DNA of 64,000 nucleotides from an uncultured Thermoleophilia bacterium (GTDB lineage: Bacteria > Actinomycetota > Thermoleophilia > UBA2241), in the NCBI GenBank assembly GCA_963715985.1, contig CAVQSP010000011.1, positions 288,001 to 352,000 on the forward strand. The letters are read 5' to 3'. The stretch's first letter is position 1, and every line of letters starts with the position of its first letter. Under the pieces are notes generated by a model, which saw only the letters and a list, made by a program, of their open reading frames with translations, was not told the DNA's origin and did not search any database. Both the position numbers and the translations under genes were made by a program. Of this stretch, positions 28,896 through 38,632 are shown piece by piece.

Positions 28896-30470
28896 TCACC
28901 TGGTCACCTTGAAGGAATCCCCATCCATCGAGGTCTGGTCGTTGCCCGCGGCGTCGGCGGCGTAGACCCTGTACCTGTAGTTCCCCGGCGCCAGCTTGCA
29001 CGTGAAGGACTTGTTTCCCCGGGTGTTCGAAGGCCGCTGGCCGACGTTGATCGTCTTGGCGAGCGAGCCGTTCGACTTGAAGATCTTGAGCTTGATGGTG
29101 CAGGTCGGGGTGATGCTGTCGGCGCGGTAGCCGAGCTTCAGCGTCTTGCCCTTCTTGACTCTGCTCGGCGCGAACGCCTGGGTCTCGGGACCCACCGTGC
29201 AGATGTTCACGGTCACCGTCTTGGGCGGCGACTCGACGTTGTTGCAGTCGTCCGTCGAGAACACCGAGACGACCTGGGCGCCGTCGCCGCTGCCGCCGGC
29301 CGGCGCCGGGACGGTGATGGTGGTGCCCGAAAGCGTGAGCCATGCGGGCGTCACGCCGGAAGAGCCGATGCCGTACTGCGTCATCTGCACGCCGGCGCCG
29401 CCGGGGTCACTGGCGCTGACCGTGAGGACGACCGGCGCGTTGTGCCAGGCGGTGTCGGCGCCCGAGATGGTCGTGACCGGCGCCGTGGCATCGGCGCTCA
29501 GGGTGAGCGACTGGGTCGCAGAGATGCCGCCGCCCGGCTCGGGGTTCTGCACCGCGAAGCTGATCGTGCCCGGGGTGGCGATGTCGGCCGCGGTCAGCGC
29601 CAGGCTGAGCTGGGTGGGGCCGACAAGCGTCGCCGACCGGGCCGCACCGTTCATGAGGACCTTCGACCCACTCACGAAGTTCGTGCCGGTCAGCAGGACC
29701 GTGTACGGCTGGTAGTACTTCGCCCAGCCCGTGGTCGGACTGATGCTCGTCAAGGTCGGGGCGGGAGTCACGACGTCGATGGTGATGATGTTGGACTGCC
29801 CTCCCCCGGGAGCCGGGTTGACGACCTTGATGCTCGCCGTTGTCGGCGTGGCGATCAAGGCGGCGGGCACCGCAGCTCTGAGCGAGGTCGTGGGGTTGGG
29901 CAGCATGCCGGTGGTCGTGAGAGCAGTCGAGTTCCAGTAGACGACGGCCGGGAAGAGCCCGCCGGCAGCGAAGTTCGCCCCTGCGACGATGAGGTCGAAC
30001 CCGGCTCCGCCGACGACGACCTTGGACGGGGTCAGCGAGTTGATGGTGGGCCCCATCAGGCCGGGCTGGGACACGGTGAAGACGCCGTACAGCGTGCTCT
30101 TGTCCGGAATGACCTGGCCCAGCCCCGTGTAGTACTCGATGACCACGTTGTACGTCCCGGCATGCTGACCATAGGTGTTGAGCGTGCACGTGATGGTGGG
30201 CGGAAGCAGGGAGTTGACCTGCTCAGCGCTCGCGTAGATCACGTCGAACGGCGGACCGTTCTGCTCCAGGCGCACGTTGAGGCCGCCGGTGATCTCGCTG
30301 AAGTTGGAGCCCAGGATGTACAGCGTGAAGTCCGCCGCGTTCGTGTTGAGGCGGGTGTTCGGGTTCACGCTCGTGAACGTCGGGGCCGCCAGCGCGGTGG
30401 TGGCGAGCCCGAGGCCCAGAATCACGACAAGGATCACCCCTGCCAGGAACCCCACGGTTCGTCTGTTCAT
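28896..30470 (-). CDS. Secreted IPT/TIG repeat protein, paralog 2
   Basis: Colinear with paralog 1 (YWNSTAL, LPNPT, WAK, TISGAD..WHN.PV, VNICT.GP.T.AFAPS.VKKGKT); GGAGG RBS before ATG 30470. Confidence 0.85.
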   Translation of the reverse strand: MNRRTVGFLAGVILVVILGLGLATTALAAPTFTSVNPNTRLNTNAADFTLYILGSNFSEITGGLNVRLEQNGPPFDVIYASAEQVNSLLPPTITCTLNTYGQHAGTYNVVIEYYTGLGQVIPDKSTLYGVFTVSQPGLMGPTINSLTPSKVVVGGAGFDLIVAGANFAAGGLFPAVVYWNSTALTTTGMLPNPTTSLRAAVPAALIATPTTASIKVVNPAPGGGQSNIITIDVVTPAPTLTSISPTTGWAKYYQPYTVLLTGTNFVSGSKVLMNGAARSATLVGPTQLSLALTAADIATPGTISFAVQNPEPGGGISATQSLTLSADATAPVTTISGADTAWHNAPVVLTVSASDPGGAGVQMTQYGIGSSGVTPAWLTLSGTTITVPAPAGGSGDGAQVVSVFSTDDCNNVESPPKTVTVNICTVGPETQAFAPSRVKKGKTLKLGYRADSITPTCTIKLKIFKSNGSLAKTINVGQRPSNTRGNKSFTCKLAPGNYRYRVYAADAAGNDQTSMDGDSFKVTR

Positions 30471-30783
30471 CGCCCTCCTCCTCCTCTTGCCGATACGGTC
30501 CTTCGCCACCCTCGTGGATCGCGCCGGACGCACGCCTCTGGCGCACGCCACACGCCCTCGTCGGACAAGAGCCCGGCAGAGCTGACGGTGTCGCGCCCGG
30601 GTCTTCGGCCCCGGCGCGGGTGGCATGGCTCCCCTTCTTCTCGGCTTTACCCTTCTGGCACGGGCTTTACGCCGATAGGACGGGGGTAATCGTGGGCAGG
30701 ACCGCGGCGGAGCGGCGATGGAGGCCCGACATCGGGTGAGGGGAGGGCGGGGCGGGCCTGCGGCCCGCCCCGCCCTCCCCGGC

Positions 30784-31158
30784 TCAGCTCTGCGGAGGCT
30801 TGTGCACGCCGAGGCGGTTGCCCTCGGAGTCGAGGAAGAAGCCGATGAAGCCCACCACCGGCCCCATGTCCGACACCGGCATCACCAGCTTCCCACCGGC
30901 GGCGACAGCCCGCTCGATCATGCCCTCGGGATCGCCGCCGCTATCGAGATAGACGGTACAGCCGGTGGCTCCAGGCTGGTTGTTCTCACTGCGGACGAGA
31001 TCTCCGCTGACGGCGCCGTCCTCTCCGGGCAGCAGCGCGACGTCGCCGCCGGCGCCGTCCATCAGAGGGACCTCCGCCTGCAGCACAGCCGCGTAGAAGG
31101 CGCGCGCCCGGTCCATGTCGGTGACCGGGATGTCCGCCCAGACGATCGTGTTCGCCAT
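30784..31158 (-). CDS. VOC / glyoxalase family protein
   Basis: W.DIPV.DMDRA.AFY..VL, AGG, F.DSEGN..G. Confidence 0.9.
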   Translation of the reverse strand: MANTIVWADIPVTDMDRARAFYAAVLQAEVPLMDGAGGDVALLPGEDGAVSGDLVRSENNQPGATGCTVYLDSGGDPEGMIERAVAAGGKLVMPVSDMGPVVGFIGFFLDSEGNRLGVHKPPQS

Positions 31159-31267
31159 GATGTGCCTCACTCTCGGTGTGTTGCGACCATGACCACAGGG
31201 TCGCCCCCGGCGGGCGCGACCAAACCACCGGGATGAGAACCGGCGGGGTCGCGCGAGCGCGGCGCGC

Positions 31268-32650
31268 TCAGTGCCGACGCCGTTCGCGCACGAAGGCGAG
31301 CAACACCAGAGAGACGGCGGCGGAGGCGGCCATCGTCCACCACGCAGAGGAGTAGCTCCCCGTGCGGTCGACGATGAGGCCGAACAACGGCGGCCCGAAG
31401 AAGATGCCCACGTTGAAGAACGCGGCGGAGACGCCGGCGGCGGCGCCCGCGGCGCTCGCGCCGCCGGTCTCCCCGGCCAGCGTGCCCATCAGGCCGCCCC
31501 ACCCCACGGCGCCGAAGCCGAGCACGAACAGCACCACCCACAGCAGCCAGGTGTGACCGGGGTCGATAAGCGCCAGGGCCACGCACGAGATGCCGGCGAG
31601 GGTGCCCATGCCGAGGAGCGCCGGCACGCGCCGGCGCTGCAGCAGGCGGTCGCTCACGAGGCCGCTGAGCGGCTTGCCGAGCGCCCCGGCGAACTGGCAG
31701 AAGGCGAGCAGGCCGGCGGCCGCGGCCACGGAGTAGCCCCAGGCCGAGTGCAGGAACAGCACGAGATGCGCGAGCGCGGCGAACTCCACCATGCCGAGGA
31801 ACAGCGCCGCGAGCCCCATGAGCAGGATGTCGCGCGACCTGATCACGGCGAGAAAGCCCGGCGTGAGCGCGGCGCGATCGGTGCGTTCGTCCCCGGTCAC
31901 GGACGGCAACCCCTGGTCGATCTCCACGACGGCGAAGGGCGCGTGAGGCTCGGAGGCGGGGCCGGCCGGCTGCCGGTCCGGTAGACCGTCCGCCGCGGCG
32001 GGCGCAACGGGCGCCATGCGCGCCGCCTCCGCGGCCGAAGGATCGCGATAGAAGGCGACGGACACGCCGCACACGACGAAGGCGAGTGCGGCGGCGAAGA
32101 CGAAGCCGGCCTGCCAGCCGTAGGCCACAGCCAGGGCCGGCATGATCGCCGCCCCGAGCATGCCGCTGATGTTGACCGCCGACTGGTTCACTCCCACGGC
32201 GGTGGCCCGCTCCTGCGGCGGGAACCACAGCATGATCGCCTTCACGGCCGTCGGGTAGATGAACCCGCAGCCCAGCCCCGACGAGGCGAGGAGGAGGAGC
32301 ATCGTGCCGTAGCTGGGCGCCAGAGCCACGGCGCCGATGCACACGCCCGTGACGAGCGTGCCGATCAGCAGCGCCCGGCGGACCCCGATGCGGTCCACGA
32401 GCCAGCCCGCGAAGATCAGCGTGGGGGCGTAGGCGACGGCCGTGGCGCTGGTAAGGCCGCCGATCTGCGCGTTGTTCAGATCGAAGGCGCTCTTGAGGAA
32501 CGGCGCCAGCGGTCCCACACAGAGCCGCGACAGGAACACGATCAGGTACGCGCTCCAGACGACCGCGAGCGCGACGAAGCGGTAGCGGGAGAGCCTCAGG
32601 GAGCCGCCCGGGGCGGCCGTGACCGCGGTTGTGGCCGGCGCGGAGGGCAT
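31268..32650 (-). CDS. MFS transporter
   Basis: About 12 TM helices; GWLVDRIGVRR, WFPPQERATAVG, GLVSDR. Confidence 0.9.
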   Translation of the reverse strand: MPSAPATTAVTAAPGGSLRLSRYRFVALAVVWSAYLIVFLSRLCVGPLAPFLKSAFDLNNAQIGGLTSATAVAYAPTLIFAGWLVDRIGVRRALLIGTLVTGVCIGAVALAPSYGTMLLLLASSGLGCGFIYPTAVKAIMLWFPPQERATAVGVNQSAVNISGMLGAAIMPALAVAYGWQAGFVFAAALAFVVCGVSVAFYRDPSAAEAARMAPVAPAAADGLPDRQPAGPASEPHAPFAVVEIDQGLPSVTGDERTDRAALTPGFLAVIRSRDILLMGLAALFLGMVEFAALAHLVLFLHSAWGYSVAAAAGLLAFCQFAGALGKPLSGLVSDRLLQRRRVPALLGMGTLAGISCVALALIDPGHTWLLWVVLFVLGFGAVGWGGLMGTLAGETGGASAAGAAAGVSAAFFNVGIFFGPPLFGLIVDRTGSYSSAWWTMAASAAVSLVLLAFVRERRRH

Positions 32651-32710
32651 CACGTCCCGATTCTATCGGCTCGCGGACCGGCGCCGCGCCGGCGGCCGGA
32701 ACATCTTGTA

Positions 32711-32748
32711 TGTGCGATACCTCAGTGATATCATATCGGTATCGCACA
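32711..32748. promoter_or_regulatory. Palindromic operator with three GATATC-like boxes at 11-bp spacing
   Basis: TGTGCGATACC..TGATATCA..GGTATCGCACA; boxes at 32716, 32727, 32738. Confidence 0.7.
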
Positions 32749-32819
32749 GAAGGGTCCCGTCGCGGCACCTGGGCGAGCAAGGGGCTCGCCGGCGCGGCGG
32801 CCCGACGGAGGTGGGAGTC

Positions 32820-33857
32820 ATGAGCGCGGGCATCGCCAAGGTCCCGACAGGGGAGCACGAGAAGCGGGTGTTGAACGGCTGGGGGATGCTCGTCGTGGCC
32901 ATCGCCCTGTATGTCGCCACGCCTGTGCTCGTCGTCTACGCGTTCCTCAGCGGCACGACGACGTCGAGCGGGAGTGCGCAACCGGTCTGGTGGATGTTCA
33001 TCGCCGGCATGGTCGCGCTCGGTGTGGCGATCCTCCTCTCCCCCGGCTTCTTCACGCTGCAGCCCAACGAGGCACGCGTGCTCATCCTCTTCGGCAGTTA
33101 CAAAGGCACCTGCAAACAGGGCGGCTTCCACTGGGGCAACCCTTTCTATGCCAACGGACCCACCGGGCAGACCGGCGGCACTTCGGTCTGGACGCAGAGC
33201 AAGAACAAGGGTGAGGGCGAGGCCGCCCAGAAGGCCCCCAAGAAGCTCAAGCGCTACAAGATCAGCCTGCGCGCGCGCACGCTCAACGGCGAGAGGCTCA
33301 AGGTGAACGACAAGCGCGGCAATCCCGTGGACATCGCCGCCGTCGTGGTCTGGCGCGTGGAGGACACGGCGAAGGCGGTCTTCGACGTGGACGACTACGA
33401 GTCGTACGTGGCCACGCAGAGCGAGACGGCGGTGCGGCACCTCGCCAGCACCTACCCCTACGACTCGGGCGAGACGTTCGCCGACACGCCCGACGAGACC
33501 ACCCTGCGCGGCAACGTCGACGAGGTCTCGGAGGCGCTGCGCGTGGAGCTCGGCGAGCGTCTCGCGCAGGCCGGCGTCACCGTGGAGCAGGCGCGTCTCA
33601 CGCACCTCGCGTACACGCCCGAGATCGCCCAGGCGATGCTCCGCCGCCAGCAGGCGGAGGCCGTCATCGCCGCGCGCCGCAAGATCGTCACCGGCGCCGT
33701 GAGCATGGTCGAGATGGCACTGAACGACTTCACCGCGCACGGCACCGTGGCGTTCGACGACGAGCGCAAGGCGGCCATGGTGAGCAACCTGATGGTCGTC
33801 CTCTGCGGCGAGAGTCAGGTCACCCCGGTCGTGAACACCGGCACCCTGTACACGTGA
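32820..33857 (+). CDS. SPFH / band-7 domain membrane protein
   Basis: [43 protein letters not shown]. Confidence 0.9.
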   Translation: MSAGIAKVPTGEHEKRVLNGWGMLVVAIALYVATPVLVVYAFLSGTTTSSGSAQPVWWMFIAGMVALGVAILLSPGFFTLQPNEARVLILFGSYKGTCKQGGFHWGNPFYANGPTGQTGGTSVWTQSKNKGEGEAAQKAPKKLKRYKISLRARTLNGERLKVNDKRGNPVDIAAVVVWRVEDTAKAVFDVDDYESYVATQSETAVRHLASTYPYDSGETFADTPDETTLRGNVDEVSEALRVELGERLAQAGVTVEQARLTHLAYTPEIAQAMLRRQQAEAVIAARRKIVTGAVSMVEMALNDFTAHGTVAFDDERKAAMVSNLMVVLCGESQVTPVVNTGTLYT

Positions 33858-33883
33858 GGCAGGCGGCGGAAGGACGCTGACCC

Positions 33884-34072
33884 GTGGCCGCGCGCAAGCA
33901 GTTCCTGCTGCGCATCGACCCGGAGGTGTGGGCCGACGTGGAGAAGTGGGCCGCGGACGAGCTGCGCAGCGTCAACGCACAGGTCGAGTACCTGCTGCGC
34001 GAGGCGGTCAGGAAGCACAAGGGCGGCGCGGCGGCTGCAGCCGCCGCGCCGCCCCCCGCACCCGACGCCTGA
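33884..34072 (+). CDS. Arc/RHH-type DNA-binding protein
   Basis: [10 protein letters not shown].....[18 protein letters not shown]; commonly paired with this SPFH subfamily. Confidence 0.8.
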   Translation: MAARKQFLLRIDPEVWADVEKWAADELRSVNAQVEYLLREAVRKHKGGAAAAAAAPPPAPDA

Positions 34073-34081
34073 GGCGGTCCT

Positions 34082-36200
34082 TCAGCGCCGCTTCCTCGGC
34101 TTCCTACGCTCTGCCGGCGGCATCGTGCCGAGCTGCCTATGCGCGCGCGAGCGCGCCCCGATGTCGATGCGGCCGCGTCCGAAGGCATCCACGCGGCCCC
34201 AGCGCCCCGGGATGTCCAGGAGCTCGAGCCGGCCGATACCCTGCGGGAGCGCCGGGTCGACGACGAGATGCTCGTCCAGGGGCTCGAGTCCGAGCATGGT
34301 GCGCAGAAGGAGCAGCGGCGTCCCGGTGGACCAGGCCTGCGGGCTGCACGACGTGGGGTACTGCACCGGGTACTTGGTGACCTCGCGCGCGTAGCCGCCG
34401 AACGCCTCCGGCAGGCGGCCCTGGAAGAAGTTGGCCGCGTCCAGGATGCCGGCGGCGATGCGCGCCGCCTCCTCCTTGAAGCCGTAGCGGCGCAGTCCCC
34501 AGGCGATGATGGAGTTGTCGAACGGCCACACGGTGCCGACGTGGTAGCCGATGGGGTTGTAGCGTGCCTCCCCCTCGGCCAGCGTGCGCACGCCCCAGCC
34601 CGAGTACATGCGCGGGCTCATGAGGTGGCTGGCCACCGCCCTGGCCCGGCGCTTGTCGACGATGCCGCTCCAGAGCAGGTGCCCGATGTTGGAGGCGAGA
34701 GCGTCCACCTGGCCGCCGTCCACGTCCAGGGCGATGGCGTAGTAGCCGCCCTCCTCCACCCAGAAGTCGCGGTTGAAGCGGCGCTTGAGACCGGCGGCCT
34801 CGTCCTCGAGCCTGTCGGCGAAGGCCGGGTCCTTCCAGACGAGGCGCGCAAGGCGCGCCCCACGCACCTTGGCGTCGTAGGCGTAGCCCTGCAGCTCGCA
34901 GGTGGCACGCGGAAAACCGGGCAGGCGGCCGTCGTGGTAGGAGATCGAGTCCCACGAGTCCTTCCAGCATTGGTTCTCAAGGCCGGTCTGCTCGTTGCGG
35001 CGTTTGTACGAGATGTAGCCGTTGTGCTGGAGGTCGGCGTACTCGTCGATCCAGGTCCAGGGCGGCGCGCGCCTCGTACTCGAGGTCGCGCACCAGCTTC
35101 GTGTCCCCCGTCCAGCGCTCGTACTCGTCGAGCAGCACGACGAACAGCGGGGTCGCGTCCACGGAGCCGTAGTACGGCGAGTGGGGACGCTCCTCGAACG
35201 CCGTCATCTCGCCGTAGCGCATCTCGTGCAGGATGCGCCCCGGGTCCTCGTCGCGGAAGTCGTCGAGGCGGCTCCCCTGACGCTCGCCGAGCTCGCGCAG
35301 CGTGGTCGCCGCCAGCTCCGGCGCGAACGGCAGCGCCTGCAGGCTGGTGAAGATGCTGTCGCGCCCGAACATCGTCATGAACCAGGGCAGCCCGGCGGCC
35401 GGCAGGCTGCGGCCGCCGGACGTGCGCGGCGAGAAGCGCAGGGCCGCCATGTCGACCAGACTGCGCTGGTAGATCATCTTGAGCCAGTCCCAGTCCGACT
35501 CCAGGGTGGGCGCGTCCTCGAGCCACTTCTCCAGGTCGCGCGCCTGGTCCGGCCGGGCACGCTTGTTGTGACGCTCGTACTTGGGGCTCAGGCGCACCTC
35601 GCCCCAGGCGGCGTTGGCCGTGACCACGTGCAGGTCGGTGGTCCACTCCCCGGCCGGCTCGACGTGGACCTTGAAGGTGAGCCCGTCCTCGTCGATGACA
35701 CAGGGCTCCGTTGCCTCGATACGCGTCTCGCGGGCGAAGGTCTCCCGCTCGTACCCCAGCACCAGCGTCTCACCTTCCACGCGGCGATAGTAGGCGCCCT
35801 TCTTCTGCAGGGCGTCCTTGACCTCGAACAGGTCGGCGAAGTCGCTGCCGGCCTCGACCCGCACGGTGAGGTCGACCGGCTTCTCGTCGTGGTTGAGGAA
35901 CGTGAGCTCCTCGTGGAAGCCGTCGCCCACGGCCCGCTGGCGGATCACCGAGAGCTTGGCGTCGATGTACACGGTCCCCGTGCCGGGCACCAGGAAGAAG
36001 CGGGTCTCGAAGTACTGCAGGTCGTCCACCGAGAGGGCGTTGAGGCGCTGGCCGTCGACGGTCAGCACCCACCGGGAGAGAAAGCGCGTGTCGAAGGAGA
36101 ACAGCCCGGTGGGGTCGCTGAGCGACGCTTCGATGTCGCCGCGGGAGTCGCTCACCACGAAGGTGTTGCCCTCGAGGATCTTGACGAGGTCGGCGCTCAT
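34082..36200 (-). pseudogene. Amylo-alpha-1,6-glucosidase / glycogen debranching family, frameshifted
   Basis: AGLPWFMTMFGRDS, PGRILHE; an extra base near 35054 (CTG GAC C TGG ATC) switches frame to WIDEY..NQCWKDSWD..YH.GTVWPFDN..PQAWS. Confidence 0.85.
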
Positions 36201-36577
36201 GACGTCCTCCTCGCGTAGCCGGCCGCCTCGCGCTGCTCGCGATCGCCGGGCGGCCCCGGGAAGAGCCGCTGGAACATGATCATCAGAGAGAGGTCGCCCT
36301 GCCCGTCCATCACGCCGCGCAGCGCGGACGCCATGGCGTTGGCCGTGCCGCACACCAGACGGTCGAAGAGCTCGCGACGGCAGGCGACGGTGCAGTCGGC
36401 CGACGCATGCTCGCGGGAGACGGTGAGTGCGCCTTTCCTGATCGTGACGTACCAGTGCGCGAACTGCCCGTCTTCTCCCAGGAGATCGAAGCGGATGGTG
36501 CCGGAAGTCCTTCTCAGCAGCGGCTGCTCGCCGCGCGCCGCCAGCGCCTCGAAGAAGTCGGTCGTGGGATCGCTCAT
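36197..36577 (-). CDS. SCP2 sterol-binding-like domain protein
   Basis: GTIRFDL, W.V.I..G, ADC, N.M...LRG....GD, QRLFPGPP. Confidence 0.8.
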   Translation of the reverse strand: MSDPTTDFFEALAARGEQPLLRRTSGTIRFDLLGEDGQFAHWYVTIRKGALTVSREHASADCTVACRRELFDRLVCGTANAMASALRGVMDGQGDLSLMIMFQRLFPGPPGDREQREAAGYARRTS

Positions 36578-36602
36578 GTCGCGGCCTCCCCGCGGTCCGT
36601 GC

Positions 36603-37373
36603 TCACAGGCCCTTGTTGAAGTACGTCATGCCGCCGTCGATGACGTAGGTGGCGCCGGTCACGTAGGCGGCCTCGTCTGAGGCGAGGAAGACGGCGAGCC
36701 CCGCCACTTCGTCGGGCTCGCCGAGCCGGCCGGCCGGGATCACCGCCTGCAACTCGTGCAGCAGCTCGCCGTCGCCGAGGGTGCGCTTGTTGATGGGGGT
36801 GGCGATCGCGCCCGGGGCGATGTCGTTGACGGTGATGCCGTACGGCGCCAGCTCCTGGCAGACGGTGCGTGTGAACATGCGCATGCCGCCCTTGGACGCG
36901 GTGTAGGTGGTGTAGTTCAGAAAGGCGACGTCCTCGTGGATCGAGGAGACGTTGATGATGCGCCCGCCCGCGCCGCGCTCCACCATGTGGCGGGCGGCCG
37001 TCTGTGCGGCGAAGAAGGCGCCCTTGAGGTTGACGCCGAGCACGAGGTCGTAGTGCCGCTCGCTCACCTCGAGGAAGGGCTCGCGCACCTCCACGCCGGC
37101 GTTGTTCACGAGGATGTCCAGATGGCCCAGGGCCTCGACGGCGGCGGTCACGAGGCCCTGGGCCTCCGCCGCAACCCCCACGTCGGCGCCCAGCGCCACG
37201 CTCGTCCTGCCCATGGCGGTGATCTGCGCCACCACCGCGTGGGCCTCGTCGGCCTCCCTGTGGTAGTGCACCACCACGTCGGCGCCCTCGCGCGCGTAGC
37301 GCAGGGCGATGGCCTCGCCGATGCCGCTCGAACTGCCGGTGACCAGCGCCTTCTTGCCCTCGAGCCTCATCAT
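36603..37373 (-). CDS. SDR, glucose 1-dehydrogenase-like
   Basis: TGSSSGIG, LVNNAG, SSIHE, Y.ASKGG, PGAIATPIN. Confidence 0.88.
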   Translation of the reverse strand: MMRLEGKKALVTGSSSGIGEAIALRYAREGADVVVHYHREADEAHAVVAQITAMGRTSVALGADVGVAAEAQGLVTAAVEALGHLDILVNNAGVEVREPFLEVSERHYDLVLGVNLKGAFFAAQTAARHMVERGAGGRIINVSSIHEDVAFLNYTTYTASKGGMRMFTRTVCQELAPYGITVNDIAPGAIATPINKRTLGDGELLHELQAVIPAGRLGEPDEVAGLAVFLASDEAAYVTGATYVIDGGMTYFNKGL

Positions 37374-37390
37374 CTGTCCTCTCTCGTCCT

Positions 37391-38408
37391 TCATCCTGCG
37401 AACGCGTGGGTGGGCAGACCGGCCACACCCACGTCCAGGCGGAAGAGCACGCCGGCCAGCGGCTGCTGCTGCAGCTCACGCTCGCTCAGGCTCTCCCGCC
37501 GCGTCGTCACGTAGAGGTCCCTCAGGTCGGGCCCGCCGAAGCAGCAGCTCGTGACCTTGGCCACGGGCAGCCCGACGCGCCCCATCAGCCGGCCTTCCGG
37601 CGAGTAGCGGTCCAGGCCCCACCCCCCGTGCAGCGCCACCCAGACGCAACCCTCGGCGTCCACGGCGAGGCCGTCGGGGACGCCGTCCCGGACCGGCACC
37701 GTGGCCAGCGGCCGCCGGTTGTCGATCGCGCCGGCGGCCGCGTGGTAGTCGAACACGTCGATGCGCCTCGTCGGGCTGTCGATGAAGTAGAAGCGGTCGC
37801 CGCCGGGGCTCCACCCCAGGCCGTTGGAGATCGACGTGCCGTCGAGCACCCTGGTGACCGTGAGGTCCGCGTCGATGCGGTACAGGCCGGCCGACGGCGT
37901 GCGCTCGTCGAGCGCCATGGTCCCGGCCCACAGCCTCCCCTCAGGGTCGCAGGCTGCGTCGTTGGTGCGGTTCTCCGGGCGGTCGGCCTCCAGGGGCACG
38001 AGGCGCGACAGCTTGCGCCCGTCCACCTCGTAGAAGCCGTCGGGGAGCCCGAGGAGCGGATGGCCGGAGGCGCGGGGCAACGCGGCGCTCACGAGCTCGT
38101 CGAGCTGCACCCAGTCGTCACAGGCGCGCCGGGGTCGCGGGGGGGGGCGGGGGAGGGAGCGTTAGTGGGGTGGAACTGCAGTCGAGCAGAGAAGAGGATG
38201 GATGGAACGGGGCAGCGCGGCGATGGCGAGCTCGTCGAGATGACCCAGGTCACAGGCGCGCCCGGGGTCGTAGCGGTGCAGGCGGCGGCCGAGGATGTCC
38301 ACCCACAGCAGCGTGCCCGTCTGCGCGTCCCAGCGGGGACCCTCGCCCAGCTGCGCCGGCTGGTTCGACCGCGACATCGTACTCGCAGTGGATGCGGAGG
38401 CCGTCCAC
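37391..38408 (-). pseudogene. SMP-30/gluconolactonase family, disrupted
   Basis: LGEGPRWD..LLWVDI, R.ND..CDPEGRLWAGTM, SNGLGWS, PDGLAVDAEG; interrupted by a degenerate ~133-bp duplication (38138-38270) and a likely indel near 38365. Confidence 0.75.
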
Positions 38409-38632
38409 CTTCACCTCCCGGCTACGTCGAAGATCTCGAACGGCGGCATGCCGCCGGCACTACCGCCGAAGATGACGCTCATGGTCCTCCCCTGCCTCGT
38501 CCCCGGGTCTGTGCGCCCAAGCTGCCAAGTGGCCGAAACGTTTGTCAAGAGACGTCTCCGCTGCACCCGACCGGCACACCGTTGGACGCGCGATCAGGGC
38601 GCTCGTAGGGGGCGGCCGGCCCGCTCGGGGGG

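Noticed and set aside
30471-30780. c-di-AMP or c-di-GMP riboswitch before IPT paralog 2
   Set aside because: Only a short CCGTCAGCT match is present; the other conserved elements are missing.
38131-38175. G-rich tract as a G-quadruplex or contingency locus
   Set aside because: It sits at the junction of a degenerate duplication and is better explained as a sequencing or assembly artefact.
38411-38482. 23-aa ORF (MSVIFGGSAGGMPPFEIFDVAGR) with a good RBS whose TGA is in frame with the lactonase N-terminus, a possible second Sec read-through
   Set aside because: There is no Cys or redox context, the codons after the TGA look non-coding while a shifted frame looks coding, and the region is indel-prone.
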